Source: Eledone cirrhosa
Taxonomy: Eukaryota
Length of the DNA stretch: 64,000 bases
Reading direction: 5' to 3'
Assembly: GCA_964016885.1 (NCBI GenBank)
Contig: OZ024743.1
Span: 355,694,001 to 355,758,000, forward strand
Position numbers and translations under genes: made by a program. The stretch's first letter is position 1. Every line of letters starts with the position of its first letter. The notes under the pieces are model-generated. The model was given only the letters and a program-made list of their open reading frames with translations, had not been told where the DNA came from and searched no databases. Below, piece by piece: positions 29,663-44,869 of this stretch.

Positions 29663-30269
29663 GGTGATGGATTGTTGTTCAACATCAACGTATATTGTGA
29701 TGGTCTATTAGTTTTTGCAGTTGTTATTAATAATTGTTTCTACTTTTGGCACAAGGCCAGCAATTACCCAGTTGTTATTAATAATGGGAAATGATTGTGG
29801 TGATAATGGTGGAGATGTGGTGATGATGGTGGAGATGTGGTGATGATGGTGGAGAGGAGGACGTTGTAGTAGATGTTGGTGGTGGCAACATGGGTAATGG
29901 TAATGTTAAAGGATTGTTGATTATGATGATTGAAGTTAGATAAAGCTGACACCGTCACAAGGCAATGGATGGTATGGTATGGTATAGTCTCGGTGGCAGT
30001 GTTAAAATTCTTGAGTTCGAAGAGAAGCCAGTTATGTTAGAGCAGGCTGTGTTGCTGCTATTGTTGTTATTGTCGTTTGAGGTGGTAAGTGCATGAAAGG
30101 TGTGGGCAGGAAAGATATCCCAGTATGATAAGCAAACAAGAGTCACGTTTTGGCTGAAGATAATAAAATAAGAAATAGTGGCGATCTGGTGATAATAAAT
30201 AGAAACACAGAGGTCACCGTATATTAGAAGATATACCGATACAACACACACACAGAAACACATGCAACA

Positions 30270-30753
30270 TATATACATACATACATTCATATATACAAAC
30301 ATACATGCATACATACATACATACATACATACATACATACATACATACATACATACATACATTCATACATACATGCATTTATACATACATACATACATAC
30401 ATACATACATACATACATACATACATACATACATACATACATACATACATTTATACATACATACATACGTATGTACATACGTACATACATACATACATAC
30501 ATTTATACATACATACATACATATATACATACATACATAATACATACATATATACATACATACATAATACATACATGCATACATACATACATACATGCAT
30601 ACATACATACATAATACGTACATACATTTATACATACATACATGCATACATACATACATACATACATACATACATACATACATACATACATACATACATA
30701 CATACATTTATACATACATACATACATATATACATACATAGATACATAATACA

Positions 30754-30787
<34 letters not shown>

Positions 30788-30816
30788 CATATATACATAC
30801 ATACATAATACATACA

Positions 30817-30850
<34 letters not shown>

Positions 30851-31055
30851 CATATATACATACATGCATACATACATACATACATACATACATACATACA
30901 TACATACATGCATACATAATACATACATACATAATACATACATACATGCATACATACATACATAATACGTACATACATGCATACATACATACATACATAC
31001 ATACATAATACATACATACATTCATAATACATACATACATACATACATACATACA

Positions 31056-31089
<34 letters not shown>

Positions 31090-31500
31090 CATATATACAT
31101 ACATGCATACATAATACATACATACATGCATACATACATATATACATACATACATAATACATACATACATACATACATAGATACATATATACATACATGC
31201 ATACATAATACATACATACATGCATACATACATATATACATACATACATACATACATAATACATACATACATGCATACAGACATACATAATACGTACATA
31301 CATATATACATACATACATTTATACATACATACATACATATATACATACATACATAATACATACATACATACATACATACATACATACATACATACATAC
31401 ATACATCATACATGCATACATACATACATGCATACATACATACATACATACATAATACGTACATACATAATACATACACACATGCATACATACATATATA
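30270..31500. repeat. (CATA)n tetranucleotide satellite
   Basis: Direct reading. Confidence 0.95.
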
Positions 31501-31709
31501 TATATTCAAACACAAGCACATACATACGTGTGTATGCGGACATTTTTACTAAAATATATATACATTCTTTACTAAAAAAAAATTGCAGCTTGTATCCCCA
31601 AATCAGATATACGTTATATACGTTATATACGTGTATCATACAATAAATATATAACCATGCAAACACATACATTCACGCACGCACGCACATACACACACAT
31701 ACACACACA

Positions 31710-31764
<55 letters not shown>

Positions 31765-31767
<3 letters not shown>

Positions 31768-31952
31768 TTTTAATATAGATGAGATTCTACAGGACTAGAA
31801 CTGTTTCATTCTTTAGAAATCATCAGGAAGATTCCTGATGATTTCTAAAGAATGAAACAGTTCTAGTCCTGTAGAATCTCATCTATATTAAAACTTTTAT
31901 ACTCTGCTATGTATTGAGTACCTTACTTACTGTGGTTACCTCCGATTCAACC
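31765..31952 (+). mobile_element. Fold-back hammerhead element, family D (complete HHR 31829-31879)
   Basis: AGATTC-CTGATGA-TTTC taaa GAAT-GAAA-CAG ttctagtc CTG-TA-GAATCT; ~60-bp perfect arms plus tail. Confidence 0.9.
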
Positions 31953-31961
31953 CGGAATAAC

Positions 31962-32033
<72 letters not shown>

Positions 32034-32098
32034 CATGTATATAAATATATATATATATATACATACGTATACATATACATAGATATATATGTATAAAC

Positions 32099-32132
<34 letters not shown>

Positions 32133-32197
32133 ATACATTTATATGAAAATACAAAACATATTTGTGTGTGTGTGTATATATATATATATATACACAC

Positions 32198-32276
<79 letters not shown>

Positions 32277-32649
32277 TATATATATATATATGTGTGTGTG
32301 TGTGTATGTGTGTGTGTGTATGTGTGAGTGTATGTGTCAGTTTGTCTATGATATACGTACATAAAGTATTTATATGGGGCGATGTAAGCCGGAATGTTTT
32401 AGCAATGAAATTATTCGTCAGCGTTGATTTACGCCTGATCTGATCCCCTAAAAAGGTTACACCAATCCACTATATTGTCTCGTTGGGATGGACATATCGA
32501 TTGTGGATCTCTACACTGTGGATTTCTTTATTGTCGTTCTCTTTAGGATTAATGACACGATTGGTGAGGGTTTTTTTAAATACTATTTCAAATTACAACA
32601 TACTTATATATACATATTGCACAGCCGCACACACACACATCATATACAT

Positions 32650-32700
<51 letters not shown>

Positions 32701-32788
32701 GGAAAAATTTGAACAGGGACAAAACAGAGAGGCAGTACAATAAATGTTTATTAATTTCACGCTCAGGAGAGTGGGGGGTAGGTGGGGG

Positions 32789-32912
32789 ACGACGTTTCGG
32801 GCATAAGCCCTTCCTCAGGTGAGAAGTGTGTGGGAACAGAGTTCAAAAGGTGTGTAGGGGAGTGGTGGAGAGACATATAGCGAAAGTTTCGGGCATAAGC
32901 CCTTCCTCAGGT
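32789..32912 (-). ncRNA. Two tandem minimal hammerheads, 92 bp apart
   Basis: CTGAGGA-AGGGC ttat GCCC-GAAA-CG-TC; second copy reads GAAACTTTC. Confidence 0.8.
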
Positions 32913-32932
32913 GAGAAGTGTGTGGGAACAGA

Positions 32933-32991
<59 letters not shown>

Positions 32992-33115
32992 CACACATAT
33001 ATATATATACATACACACACCCGGATGTAACGCATGCGCAAACTAAGCACACAAAACACAACACATAAAAACAAGATGGCGTAACAAAGGAGAGACACAC
33101 AAAATAAAAACCTAC

Positions 33116-33152
33116 TCACTGAGGAGGTCATTCTGTGATGAAAGAGTTTTGA
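33116..33152 (+). ncRNA. Minimal hammerhead, somewhat degenerate
   Basis: TCA-CTGAGGA-GGTCA ttctg TGAT-GAAA-GAGT-TT-TGA. Confidence 0.55.
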
Positions 33153-33322
33153 CAATATATAAACAGCCTTCCGGCTATCGAACCAATCAACCAACCGGAA
33201 ATTTGTAATAAATTGAAGAAAATCCATAGGTGCGTGTGTTTTTATTGGCAACATGACTCTTCGAAAGTATAACAATATATATGTGTATATATATGTGTGC
33301 GTGTGTGTGTGTGCGTGTGTGG

Positions 33323-33380
<58 letters not shown>

Positions 33381-33384
<4 letters not shown>

Positions 33385-33820
33385 TAAAATAACAGATTAA
33401 AGTTTAAGCAAAGAATCGCTGCTTTCACCCTTAACGAGATCTTCTGAAACTAACAAAGTCAATCTGTAAACGCAGAACTGGATATTTCAAAAAACGTTGC
33501 AACCGGAGGAAGACAGGAAGACGATACTTTGGTTCGTGGTAACGTTCGCTGGCAAAGAACGGGAAAAAACGAATATAATACGTCATTAATAGGAGCGGTG
33601 AAAAACAATTACGCGCAAAGACAGAACCACGTTTATGGTATAAAAGAGGTCGTAGACTAATGTTCTCTTAGGTGGTGCATAGAGACGTTCTCTGGCAATG
33701 AACGAAAAAACGAAGATAATAAGTCATATGTGGAGCGTGGAGAACAATAGCACGCAAAGACAAAACCACGTAAATGGCATAGCAGAAATCGTAGACTAAA
33801 ATTCTAACTAGGAGACCAAA
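33381..33820 (-). mobile_element. Family F element (HHR-like 33401-33451) with two ~140-bp upstream repeats
   Basis: Reverse complement of the 55000-55720 family. Confidence 0.8.
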
Positions 33821-34464
33821 TGAATCTCCGCTACAGAGTTAAGAACAAAGTAAATAAATACAATACAGAAGTAATAGGAACAAATAAATACAGACATGCA
33901 AACAGATATGTACATACACAAGCATACGCAAAACCTTACCAAGGGTATACAAAACCACGCACATATAAATATGTGTGTGTGTGTATGCTTGTGTACAAAT
34001 AAATAAATAATTATATAAACGTATATAAGTAAATAAATACGTATATAACAAGCGCACACGCATACCTACATATAAATACACGAATTTTCGGAGACGTAAG
34101 TCAACCAAAACAAGAAGTACACATATACACACACCCACCATACGTACGAACCTGCACACTCACGCGGACGCAAAACTCCCGTATACACATAGCCAAACCC
34201 TAAATACCAGAATATGTAAAAATTATACGCTATAACAGTCAAATATACGTACGAGAAGGTATACATACCTTCACAAAACATACGGGTAATATATACTTAC
34301 CTATGCAAATAAGTAAAGGAATAAACAAAACATATACTATATATATATATATATATATATAATAATGAAATTATTGCGTAAAGTGCTCAGGTGCACTACA
34401 ACAATAATGTGTGTGTATGTGTGTGTATGTGTATATATATATATATATGTATATATTTATATAT

Positions 34465-35019
34465 ATCAAATATTGAGTTATAAACTCGAAATAGTCTTTT
34501 ACAATTAAATAGCTCAAAGAAGGGAATCTTTCCTTTCCGAGCCGTGTAATACAATTGAATATATGAGGGATGAACACCGATACAAGTATACATGTGTTCC
34601 AATTGCAAATGACCAAGTTAGCTAGGTTGAAAAATACTAATTTAACATAATATGGTTTGCCTGTCTCGATTTAAAATAATAAATCAATAAAAATAACAAA
34701 CCTATATTGGCAATGGCCGTGATACCCGGACAAATTCTAAATTTGTTTCGCAACAATTAAGTGAAAGTTACTATTCATGTGCTCTTCTGCGGGTATCCAG
34801 GAAAAATTGTTGTGAAATAAATTTAGAATTTGTCCGGGTATCACGGCTATTGTCCGGGTATCACGGCCAGGTTTGTTATTTTTATTGATTTATTATTTTA
34901 ATTCGAGACAGGCAAACCATATTATGTTAAATTAGTATTCTTCAACCTAGCTAACTTGGTCATTTGCAATTCGAACACATGTATAATTGTATAGGTGTTC
35001 ATCCCTCATATATTCATTG

Positions 35020-35020
<1 letters not shown>
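34465..35020 (-). mobile_element. Fold-back hammerhead element, family G (HHR 34721-34797, CAGAAGA core)
   Basis: GATACCCG-CAGAAGA-GCA..TGC-GAAA-CAAATT tag AATTTG-TC-CGGGTATC; ~200-bp inverted arms plus tail. Confidence 0.85.
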
Positions 35021-35054
<34 letters not shown>

Positions 35055-35161
35055 TCAAGCGATTAGCGACCTCTAGAGTCACCTGATCAAAGAAAAACAA
35101 TTGTCAATACCTCAAATAAAGCCCCGTTGTTGTACAGCCAACCATGTTACTCTTCATTTGT

Positions 35162-35234
<73 letters not shown>

Positions 35235-35639
35235 TGTGTGAGAGTGTGCGTGTGTGTGTGTGTGTGTGTGTATGTGTCTGTGTCTGTGCATATACGTGTA
35301 TATAAGTATGCATAATTTGAAATACTGTCAGGAGTTTTCTAAAACCCTCAACCTGTGGAGGTAGGCATTTTCATTTTATATAACAGGCTGAATGAGTTGG
35401 GGTCTATAACCCAACGAAACTTAAGTACCTGTATATGTCACATATGTAACTAATTATACTTAACTCATCCTATTGACTGAGTTCTCTTACTCTTCGATAT
35501 TTCTACCAAACTGTAACCGGTTTCAGAAGCTTATTGTGACCAGCAGATTCATACACAAGTGTACGACTGGCAATCCACTATAACCTGTTGAGCGCCCTAT
35601 ATATCCGAATTAGTGATATCCTACTGCAGAAAAACCCTT

Positions 35640-35825
35640 TTTTGTTTCTGCTTTTGGCACAAGGCCAACAATTATCCCAGTGCCTTACTGGTACTTTATT
35701 TTATCGACCCCGTAAGGATGAAAGTTGAAGTTAACCTATGCGGGCTTGGAACTCAGACCGTAAAGGGACGTAACTCTATGCTGGAAAGCATGGTGTCCGA
35801 CTCTCTACCGATACTGCCATTCCAT
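35640..35825 (-). mobile_element. SINE copy
   Basis: Same family as 1-155. Confidence 0.8.
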
Positions 35826-36094
35826 CATTTAATAATGACGACCCCTAAATAAAGAAATCCACTAACAACGACCCATTCGGTATGCCGATGGGATCATTTG
35901 ACAGTGTTGGTATATGTTGGTAGGCCATTTTATCTTAGACACACTACCTAAGAAATTCGCCGACTTCCATACAATTGTCGATCATTTTCTATCAGCCATC
36001 TAACACATAGTGTTTATGAGGCTGTTTGCTTGCAAGCAAACCGAATATAATGGATATTATGATATTATTATAATATTATTATTCACTCACGAAT

Positions 36095-36259
<165 letters not shown>

Positions 36260-36262
36260 TAT

Positions 36263-36512
36263 ATTAAAATAACAGATTAAAGTTTAAGCAAAGAATCCGG
36301 TTGCAATGTTTTTTGAAATATTCACTTCTGCGTTCACAGATTGACTTTGTTAGTTTCAGAAGATCCCGTTAAGGCTGAAAGCAGCGATTCTTTGCTTAAA
36401 CTTTAATCTGTTATTTTAATAAATATTTGCTCTACGGTTCTTATATATTTGATATATATTTATCCTTATCGAGCCCTCTTTGGATTTTAGTCTTCAAATT
36501 TATTATTATTAC
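36263..36512 (+). mobile_element. Family F fold-back copy (HHR-like 36352-36402)
   Basis: ~34-bp inverted 5' arm, CAGAAGA core, tail into (TA)n. Confidence 0.8.
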
Positions 36513-36532
36513 TATATATATATATATATATA

Positions 36533-36802
36533 TAGTGGTGGAACACTAGAAGGTAATATCCGTAGTGGTAGAGCACTCAGTCCATGGGACGAGTTAGGTA
36601 GAAGTGGTTACACAACAGTTAGTTCACCATACCGAGGACAATTGTTTCACCTTAGCGAATCCTCAGCTCGTAATGGATTACGAGCTGAGGATTCGCAATT
36701 GTTCTCGGTATGGTGAACTAACTGTTGTGTAACCACTTCTACCTAACTCGTCCCATGGACTGAGTGCTCTACCACTACGGATATTACCTTCTAGTGTTCC
36801 AC

Positions 36803-36807
<5 letters not shown>
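36533..36807. mobile_element. Symmetric palindromic hammerhead element, family H (HHR 36633-36670 minus)
   Basis: CGAG-CTGAGGA-TTC gctaa GGT-GAAA-CAATTG-TC-CTCG; right arm has a deletion removing GAAA. Confidence 0.85.
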
Positions 36808-36859
<52 letters not shown>

Positions 36860-36898
36860 TGTATGTATGGTATATTATATATATATATATATATATAT

Positions 36899-37088
36899 AA
36901 CAAAGTGGGTGTGGTAAGATACCAGGTGGATCATAATGCACCAGAGTACTCCATAATTGGGCTAGTAGAGTAGGTAATAGGAAAAGATTCAGGAATCCGG
37001 GGGCTGTGCTCCGGCCGTTTCAACAGCTTGATCCGATCTAGCTGTCGAAACAGCCGGAGCTCAGCCATCGGGATCCGGAATCTTTTCA
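36899..37088 (-). mobile_element. Family C fold-back copy
   Basis: Reverse-complement tail plus palindrome. Confidence 0.8.
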
Positions 37089-37132
37089 TATATGTATATA
37101 TATATGTGTGTATATATATATGTGTGTATATA

Positions 37133-37510
<378 letters not shown>

Positions 37511-37912
37511 ATGTGTGTGTATATATATATATACATATATGAGTGTGTCTTTGTGTTACTGTATGTATGTTTGTATGTATGTTTGTTTGTGTATGTATGC
37601 ATTTATATATCCATGTTTTCAGCTTCTTAATCAGTGTTCTTTGATATATTGTTAACTTAGTTTTTGAGTATAAAGATAAAAAATCTCTGCTGGTTGAATA
37701 TGAGAGATTTACCCAATGGAATATCTCTTGAAGAAATCTTCAGGGTATATATATATATAACGGCTTTGACTACAGAACAACAGAAAAGAAAAGATGCATA
37801 ATGCGTAAATATGTGTCTGTGAGAGTTTGTGTTAATAGTTATATAAAGAGAGATATAAATATAAATATAAATTTCTTTCGATATAGATGTATACAGATCT
37901 CTCTCTATCTCC

Positions 37913-37954
<42 letters not shown>

Positions 37955-37999
37955 CTCTCTCTCACTCTTTCTCTCCCGCTCTCCCTCTCTCTCCCTCAG

Positions 38000-38048
<49 letters not shown>

Positions 38049-38435
38049 GTGGTCTCACTTTTTAAGCTTTCATCAGTTTATTGTCATCAGTCCATGCGTG
38101 CCACTATTCTAAACCACGCCTTGTTAGTGCTATTGCATGTGTGTATATATACAAAGTGGATGACTCATTTTGGTAATTAAATAAGATGTACGTTATGATT
38201 GCGTCAGAAGCTAAAGTGCACGATAAAGTTATATCTGCATAAATACAGAGTGAGAAGCTGAGACTGCACCATTTCAGAATTATACTCAGAGTGAATGGGT
38301 ATATAAGCCATCTAATACATGTTTCCTTGAGGTTGTTTCGACGATATACACCCCTTCTAAGGAATAATCATTCTGCTCTCTGCCCGATTGAGCACTGTTT
38401 TCCTTTTTCACGCCTACAGATATTGCTACATCTGC

Positions 38436-38610
38436 CCGTTTCGACGGCTAGATCCGAACTAAGCTATCAGTGTTGGCTTAGTTCGGATCCAGCTGTCAAA
38501 ACGGCCGGAGCTCAGCCATCGGGGTCCTGACTCTTTTCCAATTACCCACTCTACTACCTTAAGTATTGAGTACTCTAGTGCGTTATGGTCCACCTCTTCT
38601 TTGTTTTACA
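38436..38610 (+). mobile_element. Family C copy with a longer central hairpin
   Basis: GATCCGAACTAAGC..GCTTAGTTCGGATC hairpin then family tail. Confidence 0.75.
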
Positions 38611-39117
38611 TATACATATATATATATATGTGCGTGTGTGTGTGTGGGTGTGTGTGTGTGCATTAAAAACAGGGTGTACACAAGCAAAACAACGGAAAAC
38701 AGACGGTCCTATTTATTCAGTCTACTTCTACGGATTTGGTGCATTTGATATCGTACATTTCAGTGTACATTGGAGTATAACAAAACAAATAAAGAAAAAC
38801 ACAGGACAAGTTATGCCTTTCGGCGAATTACACAAGTGTAGATGAAAAAGTATCCCAATTGCGTCAAATGATAAAGAAGGGGGAGCCCGATGTGCAAGGG
38901 TTTAGCCAAAGGAGAAAAAATATAGAAAGGAAAGAAATAGAAAAACAGAAACGAATAATAAACATAGTCCAACGTGCAGACAAATAAGAATGATTCTGAG
39001 ACGTAGAAAAGGTAAGAAGAGAGAATAAACAAAAACAAATCGGACGGTGTGATGTCTTAGTTTCAAAACAACACTCGCACGGCTAAGTCTTTAGAATATG
39101 GATTCAAAATAGGTGGC

Positions 39118-39160
<43 letters not shown>

Positions 39161-39166
<6 letters not shown>

Positions 39167-39304
39167 TTAGTAGAAATAGAAGCTTTCACAATATTTTGAC
39201 TATCCCACTATCAGATTAAAATTTCTTTAATCTAAAATACGGCGAAAGCTATTTCTACTAAATTTCAAAATTCGCTCGCTGTTTCAAAACAAACTTACTT
39301 GTCA
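39161..39304 (+). mobile_element. Short fold-back element with a possible hammerhead 3' half
   Basis: Arms TGAAATTTAGTAGAAATAG / CTATTTCTACTAAATTTCA; GAAA-GC-TA; tail; TA-flanked. Confidence 0.55.
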
Positions 39305-39307
39305 TAT

Positions 39308-39454
<147 letters not shown>

Positions 39455-39459
39455 TATAT

Positions 39460-39967
39460 AGAAGAAGTTAATATACCCAAGGGTACTAAGTACCCCTGGA
39501 AATATATAGGTTGTCTATGATTAAAGGTTGTTCAATGGTATTACTTTGACATACCAGAACTATAATATTAAGATAAGCAGAACAAGCAAAATTCAACCAA
39601 TTTTTTAAAATAAATTAAAAAATATAATTTAAATATTTACCTATCCTTATGGCCCTTACTGATCGGTTTCGCTTTGTAAAACACCAGAAATCCAATGGAT
39701 TTCTAATGGAAAATCAAAGTTCATCAGAGAAGCATTTTCCTTTCCTAGGGCTAAAGACCCAGGAACGATAAAATATATCGCCAGCCGCCAGCTAGCACAG
39801 ATCTAATAAGGCTGATGAACTTTGATTTTCCATTAGAAATCCATTGCATTTCTGGTGTTTTACAAAGCGAAACTGATCGGTCAGGGCGAAAAAGATAGGT
39901 AAATATTTAAATTATATTTTTTAATTTATTTTTAAAAATTGGTTGAATTTTGCTTGTTCTGCTTATC

Positions 39968-39970
<3 letters not shown>
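39460..39970 (-). mobile_element. Fold-back hammerhead element, family E (HHRs 39652-39732 minus, 39812-39886 plus)
   Basis: CTGATGA-ACTTTG..CAAAGC-GAAA-CCGATCAG-TA / CTGATCGG-TC; ~160-bp arms. Confidence 0.85.
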
Positions 39971-40030
<60 letters not shown>

Positions 40031-40033
<3 letters not shown>

Positions 40034-41509
40034 GAAGAGAGAAGAAACATTTAGATATAATTAGTAATAACATGTATCATACCTAAACTGCTCCTAGATT
40101 CCTCGACTACGTAGTTTCGTGGCATAAACAAAAACAATACATCATAAAGATATAGAGTCCCTGCGAGGTCTGCCGATTTATCAAGAGGATACCTCATTTT
40201 ACTAGTCTCAAGAACGCGTCTACACGACGTGAGAAAGAATCCCAAAAGGCGGAGGGGGAGATAGTCACGCGATATAACGGTCGAGAAACAGAGCTAAGCC
40301 TCTTATAACCCCGAAGAAAATACCACGGAGGCGGAATGGGTATTTATATCGAAGCCGTAGAAGAGGTGGTGAAGGAGGCGAGAAGTATGAGTAATGGAAG
40401 CTTTCCAGCGGTCCCTACACTTCAAAGATTGCTCGATATAAATACCCCCTCCGCTTCCGTGGTATTTTCTTCGGGGTTATAAGAGGCTTAGCTCTGTTTC
40501 TCGACCGTTATATCGCGTGACTATCTCCCCCTCCGCCTTTTGGGATTCTTTCTCACGTCGTGTAGACGCGTTCTTGAGACTAGTAAAATGAGGTATCCTC
40601 TTGATAAGTCGGCAGACCTCGCAGGGATTCTATATCTTTATGATGTATTGTTTTTGTTTATGCCACGAAACTACGTAGTCGAGGAATCTAGGAGCAGTTT
40701 AGGTATGATACATTTTATTACTAATTATATCTAAATGTTTCTTCTCTCTTCATAATGTATTTTTAACTCTGATACTGGTTCAGTCTGGTTCAACCGGATT
40801 GGTCTGTCCCAGTCATTCATTGAGCAACATCGGTGAAGTTGGCACCCTTAACTCACGGTTGGGTGCGGATGCATTCATGTATATGTGTGTGTCCGCATGT
40901 ATCTGTGTGTTTCTAAATATATTGTTAATAACTCCCTCTGGTCGAGCAATCTTTGAAGTGTAGGGACTGCTGGAAAGCTTCCATTACTCATACTTCTCGC
41001 CTCCTTCATCACCTCTTCTACGGCTTCGATATAAATACCCCCTCCGCCTCCGTGGTATTTTCTTCGGGGTTATAAGAGGCTTAGCTCTGTTTCTCAACCG
41101 TTATATCGCGTGACTATCTCCCCCTCCGCCTTTTGGGATTCTTTCTCACGTCGTGTAGACGCGTTCTTGAGACTAGTAAAATGAGGTATCCTCTTGATAA
41201 GTCGGCAGACCTCGCAGGGACTCTATATCTTTATGATGTATTGTTTTTGTTTATGCCACGAAACTACGTAGTCGAGGAATCTAGGAGCAGTTTAGGTATG
41301 ATACATTTTATTACTAATTATATCTAAATATTTCTTCTCTCTTCATAATGTATTTTTAACTCTGATACTGGTTCAGTCTGGTTCAACCGGATTGGTCTGT
41401 CCCAGTCATTCATTGAGCAACATCGGTGAAGTTGGCACCCTTAACTCACGGTTGGGTGCGGATGCATTCATGTATATGTGTGTGTCCGCATGTATCTGTG
41501 TGTTTCTAA

Positions 41510-41515
<6 letters not shown>
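40031..41515 (+). mobile_element. Retrozyme-like array, family J: inverted partial unit plus ~1.8 tandem 593-bp units, three U3:A8 hammerheads (40100-40189 minus; 40596-40685 and 41189-41278 plus)
   Basis: TCCTC-TTGATAA-GTCGGCA..TGCCAC-GAAA-CTACGTAG-TC-GAGGA; period 593 from the duplicated ORF calls. Confidence 0.9.
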
Positions 41516-41540
<25 letters not shown>

Positions 41541-41541
<1 letters not shown>

Positions 41542-42820
41542 CCACAGCCCACTCACCCCACCAGCGCCCTCCCAACACCGGCCTTCCTTTCCCTCACACC
41601 CACCACCCCATCACCCTACCTCTCCGGCGACATCTCTGTTTCTTCCACACCCTCTCTTCTGACCCCATCCATTCTCGTTTTTTTTCCTAACCCACCAATG
41701 ACCGCATTTAAGCGTGCCCGTAATCTCCGCGACCTCCCGGTACGCAGTCCTTCTCGTCCTCTGCTACGACGCTACCCGGGTCTCGTCCCCGCTGTAACAC
41801 CTGTCCTTTCATTTCCACCCTCTCACAGGCACCGACGGCTCATTCCGTTCCGCCACTCCTTCACCTGCACTTCCACCCACGTTGTCTATGCCCCCGGTGT
41901 TCCCTTTACGGATCCTTATACATCGGACAAACGGGACGCCGTTTGGCGGACCGTTTTGCTAAACATTTGAGGGACATACGACTCTGTATGGATACTCCCG
42001 TCGTCCGTCATTTCCGTTCCCCGGGTCACTCTTCCCTACATGTCTCAGTCCTTGGTGTCCTTTTACATCATGGATCACAGGCGTCGCGCACCAGGACTGA
42101 ACAGAGTCTGATTTTCCGCCTTGGATCCTGTTCCCCTCATGGACTTAACTCCCCTCCCTAATTTCTTTAATATTACACATGTACGTTCGTGCTTACTTCT
42201 CTACCCCCCCCCCCCCGTCACGTTTACTTCATCCATTATTACACACGCGCTTGTACATTCACACCTAGATACCTACGGCTCTCTTATGGTCAGAAATAAC
42301 CTGATACAGACCAACTAAATGCGCGCACACACCTCTACTTTTCCCTTCACATATCTGTACAAACAAACACTCTTTTCTTTGCTTATACACACACATATCC
42401 TCTTAGCTTCGTACGGACGTATAATAGCACACACACACACACACACACATACACACACACGAACACACGCATTCGCACGCGCACACGTACTGCTCTATAT
42501 ACAAAACGTTTTTTTTTCATTTCAGATAGTCGCGCTGCATCATCAACTTTTCTAAAAAATAAATCATACACAAAACGTCAGCACCAAACAGTTTTCTAAG
42601 AGATGGCAACATGTATGTGCCTGTTATTTTTATCTAAAAACATTTTTTTCCGATTCTACCGCGCCCGTTCCCTCAATCTTTCTAATTTCTCATTCTTTCT
42701 TCTGATGAAGGACTGGCGACCCAAATATTAAGATCCTCTTCCTGCTATTTCAAGCGATAAACTAATATATTCCTTCCGTATACTGTACCGATTGTGTTGT
42801 TATTTCTGTTTACCTTTTAC
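41541..42820 (+). mobile_element. 5'-truncated Neptune-type PLE (frameshifted GIY-YIG, degenerate HHR ~42698-42733)
   Basis: PPMTAFKRARNLRD, FTCTSTHVVY, YIGQTGRRLADRFAKH..HF..EQSLIFRLGSCSPHGLN; CTGATGAAGG..CCCAAAT. Confidence 0.85.
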
Positions 42821-42864
42821 ATATATATATATAAATATATATACATATGTATATATATATATAT

Positions 42865-42916
<52 letters not shown>

Positions 42917-42926
42917 GTAGATAATA

Positions 42927-43020
<94 letters not shown>

Positions 43021-43022
<2 letters not shown>

Positions 43023-43115
43023 TTATTCCGGGTTGAATCGGAGGTAACCACAGTAAGTAAGGTACTCAATACATAGCAGAGTATACAAGTTTTAATATAG
43101 AATATTAAAACTTAT
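43021..43115 (-). mobile_element. Family D copy folded downstream of the hammerhead
   Basis: Full family D tail plus short palindrome AAGTTTTAATAT aga ATATTAAAACTT. Confidence 0.8.
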
Positions 43116-43124
43116 ATATATACA

Positions 43125-43220
<96 letters not shown>

Positions 43221-43239
43221 ATATATATATATATATATG

Positions 43240-43355
<116 letters not shown>

Positions 43356-43397
43356 GAATGATCGAGAATCGGAATATCGGCCCACGAAATCACGATA

Positions 43398-43456
<59 letters not shown>

Positions 43457-43471
43457 GTATGTATATATATT

Positions 43472-43527
<56 letters not shown>

Positions 43528-43651
43528 GCCTTGGTCTATATAGGGAGATATGTGTTGTCAATAGAGCAAAATGTAAAACATTACCAAAGGCAAGTATCTC
43601 TTATTTATTGCAATAATATATGACTTTGTATGTATATGTCTTTTATATATA

Positions 43652-43736
<85 letters not shown>

Positions 43737-43769
43737 TTATATATATATTTGTATATATATATATATATT

Positions 43770-43894
<125 letters not shown>

Positions 43895-43931
43895 GTATAT
43901 ATGTATATGTATATGTAGTATATATATATAG

Positions 43932-43962
<31 letters not shown>

Positions 43963-44124
43963 TATGTGCATGCATACACACAAACAATATGCATACACAC
44001 ATACTTAACCTTTCATTGCGACGAGACTATTGACCCTTCACTCCGTAACAATTACCGATAACCAAGCTGACTTCAATTTTCTTCACATTTCCATAATACG
44101 CCGCCGCCTTGCCTCCTCCTCGCG

Positions 44125-44157
<33 letters not shown>

Positions 44158-44283
44158 GTCGTCGTCAGCAACCGCATTCTCGTATTTGTTCTTCAGTTTA
44201 TCCCTGGATCTTCACCTTTCCTTATTCATGGTTTTACACCCTCTCTCTCTCTCTCTCTCACTCTCTCTCTCTCTCTCTCTCTT

Positions 44284-44353
<70 letters not shown>

Positions 44354-44356
44354 CTT

Positions 44357-44420
<64 letters not shown>

Positions 44421-44440
44421 CTTTCTTCTCTCGCTCTCTT

Positions 44441-44509
<69 letters not shown>

Positions 44510-44517
44510 GCTCTCTT

Positions 44518-44595
<78 letters not shown>

Positions 44596-44869
44596 TCCTC
44601 ATAATGGCAAGAATTGATCATGGAATCTCGCCAGCAGCCTCCTCTTGTTTACTATACAACGTGTTTTGTATTCCTGGCTATTTTGTTGGTTTTGTTTTTA
44701 TCTACCATCCGTGTTTTGGTGATGATAGTGGTGTTCAGGATATTGTTGTGTTTGATTTTGTTTTTGTTTTTATCGTTCGTTTCCTTGTTGTTGTTTTTGC
44801 TGTTGTTGTTGTTGTTGTCTTACTGTTAATTGCTTTAGGGACATTCAGATGTGCCGCCTTACTGTCCAC

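Noticed and set aside
40051-41327. Three copies of a 64-aa ORF
   Set aside because: TTG start, overlaps the ribozyme, and is repeated only because the unit is repeated
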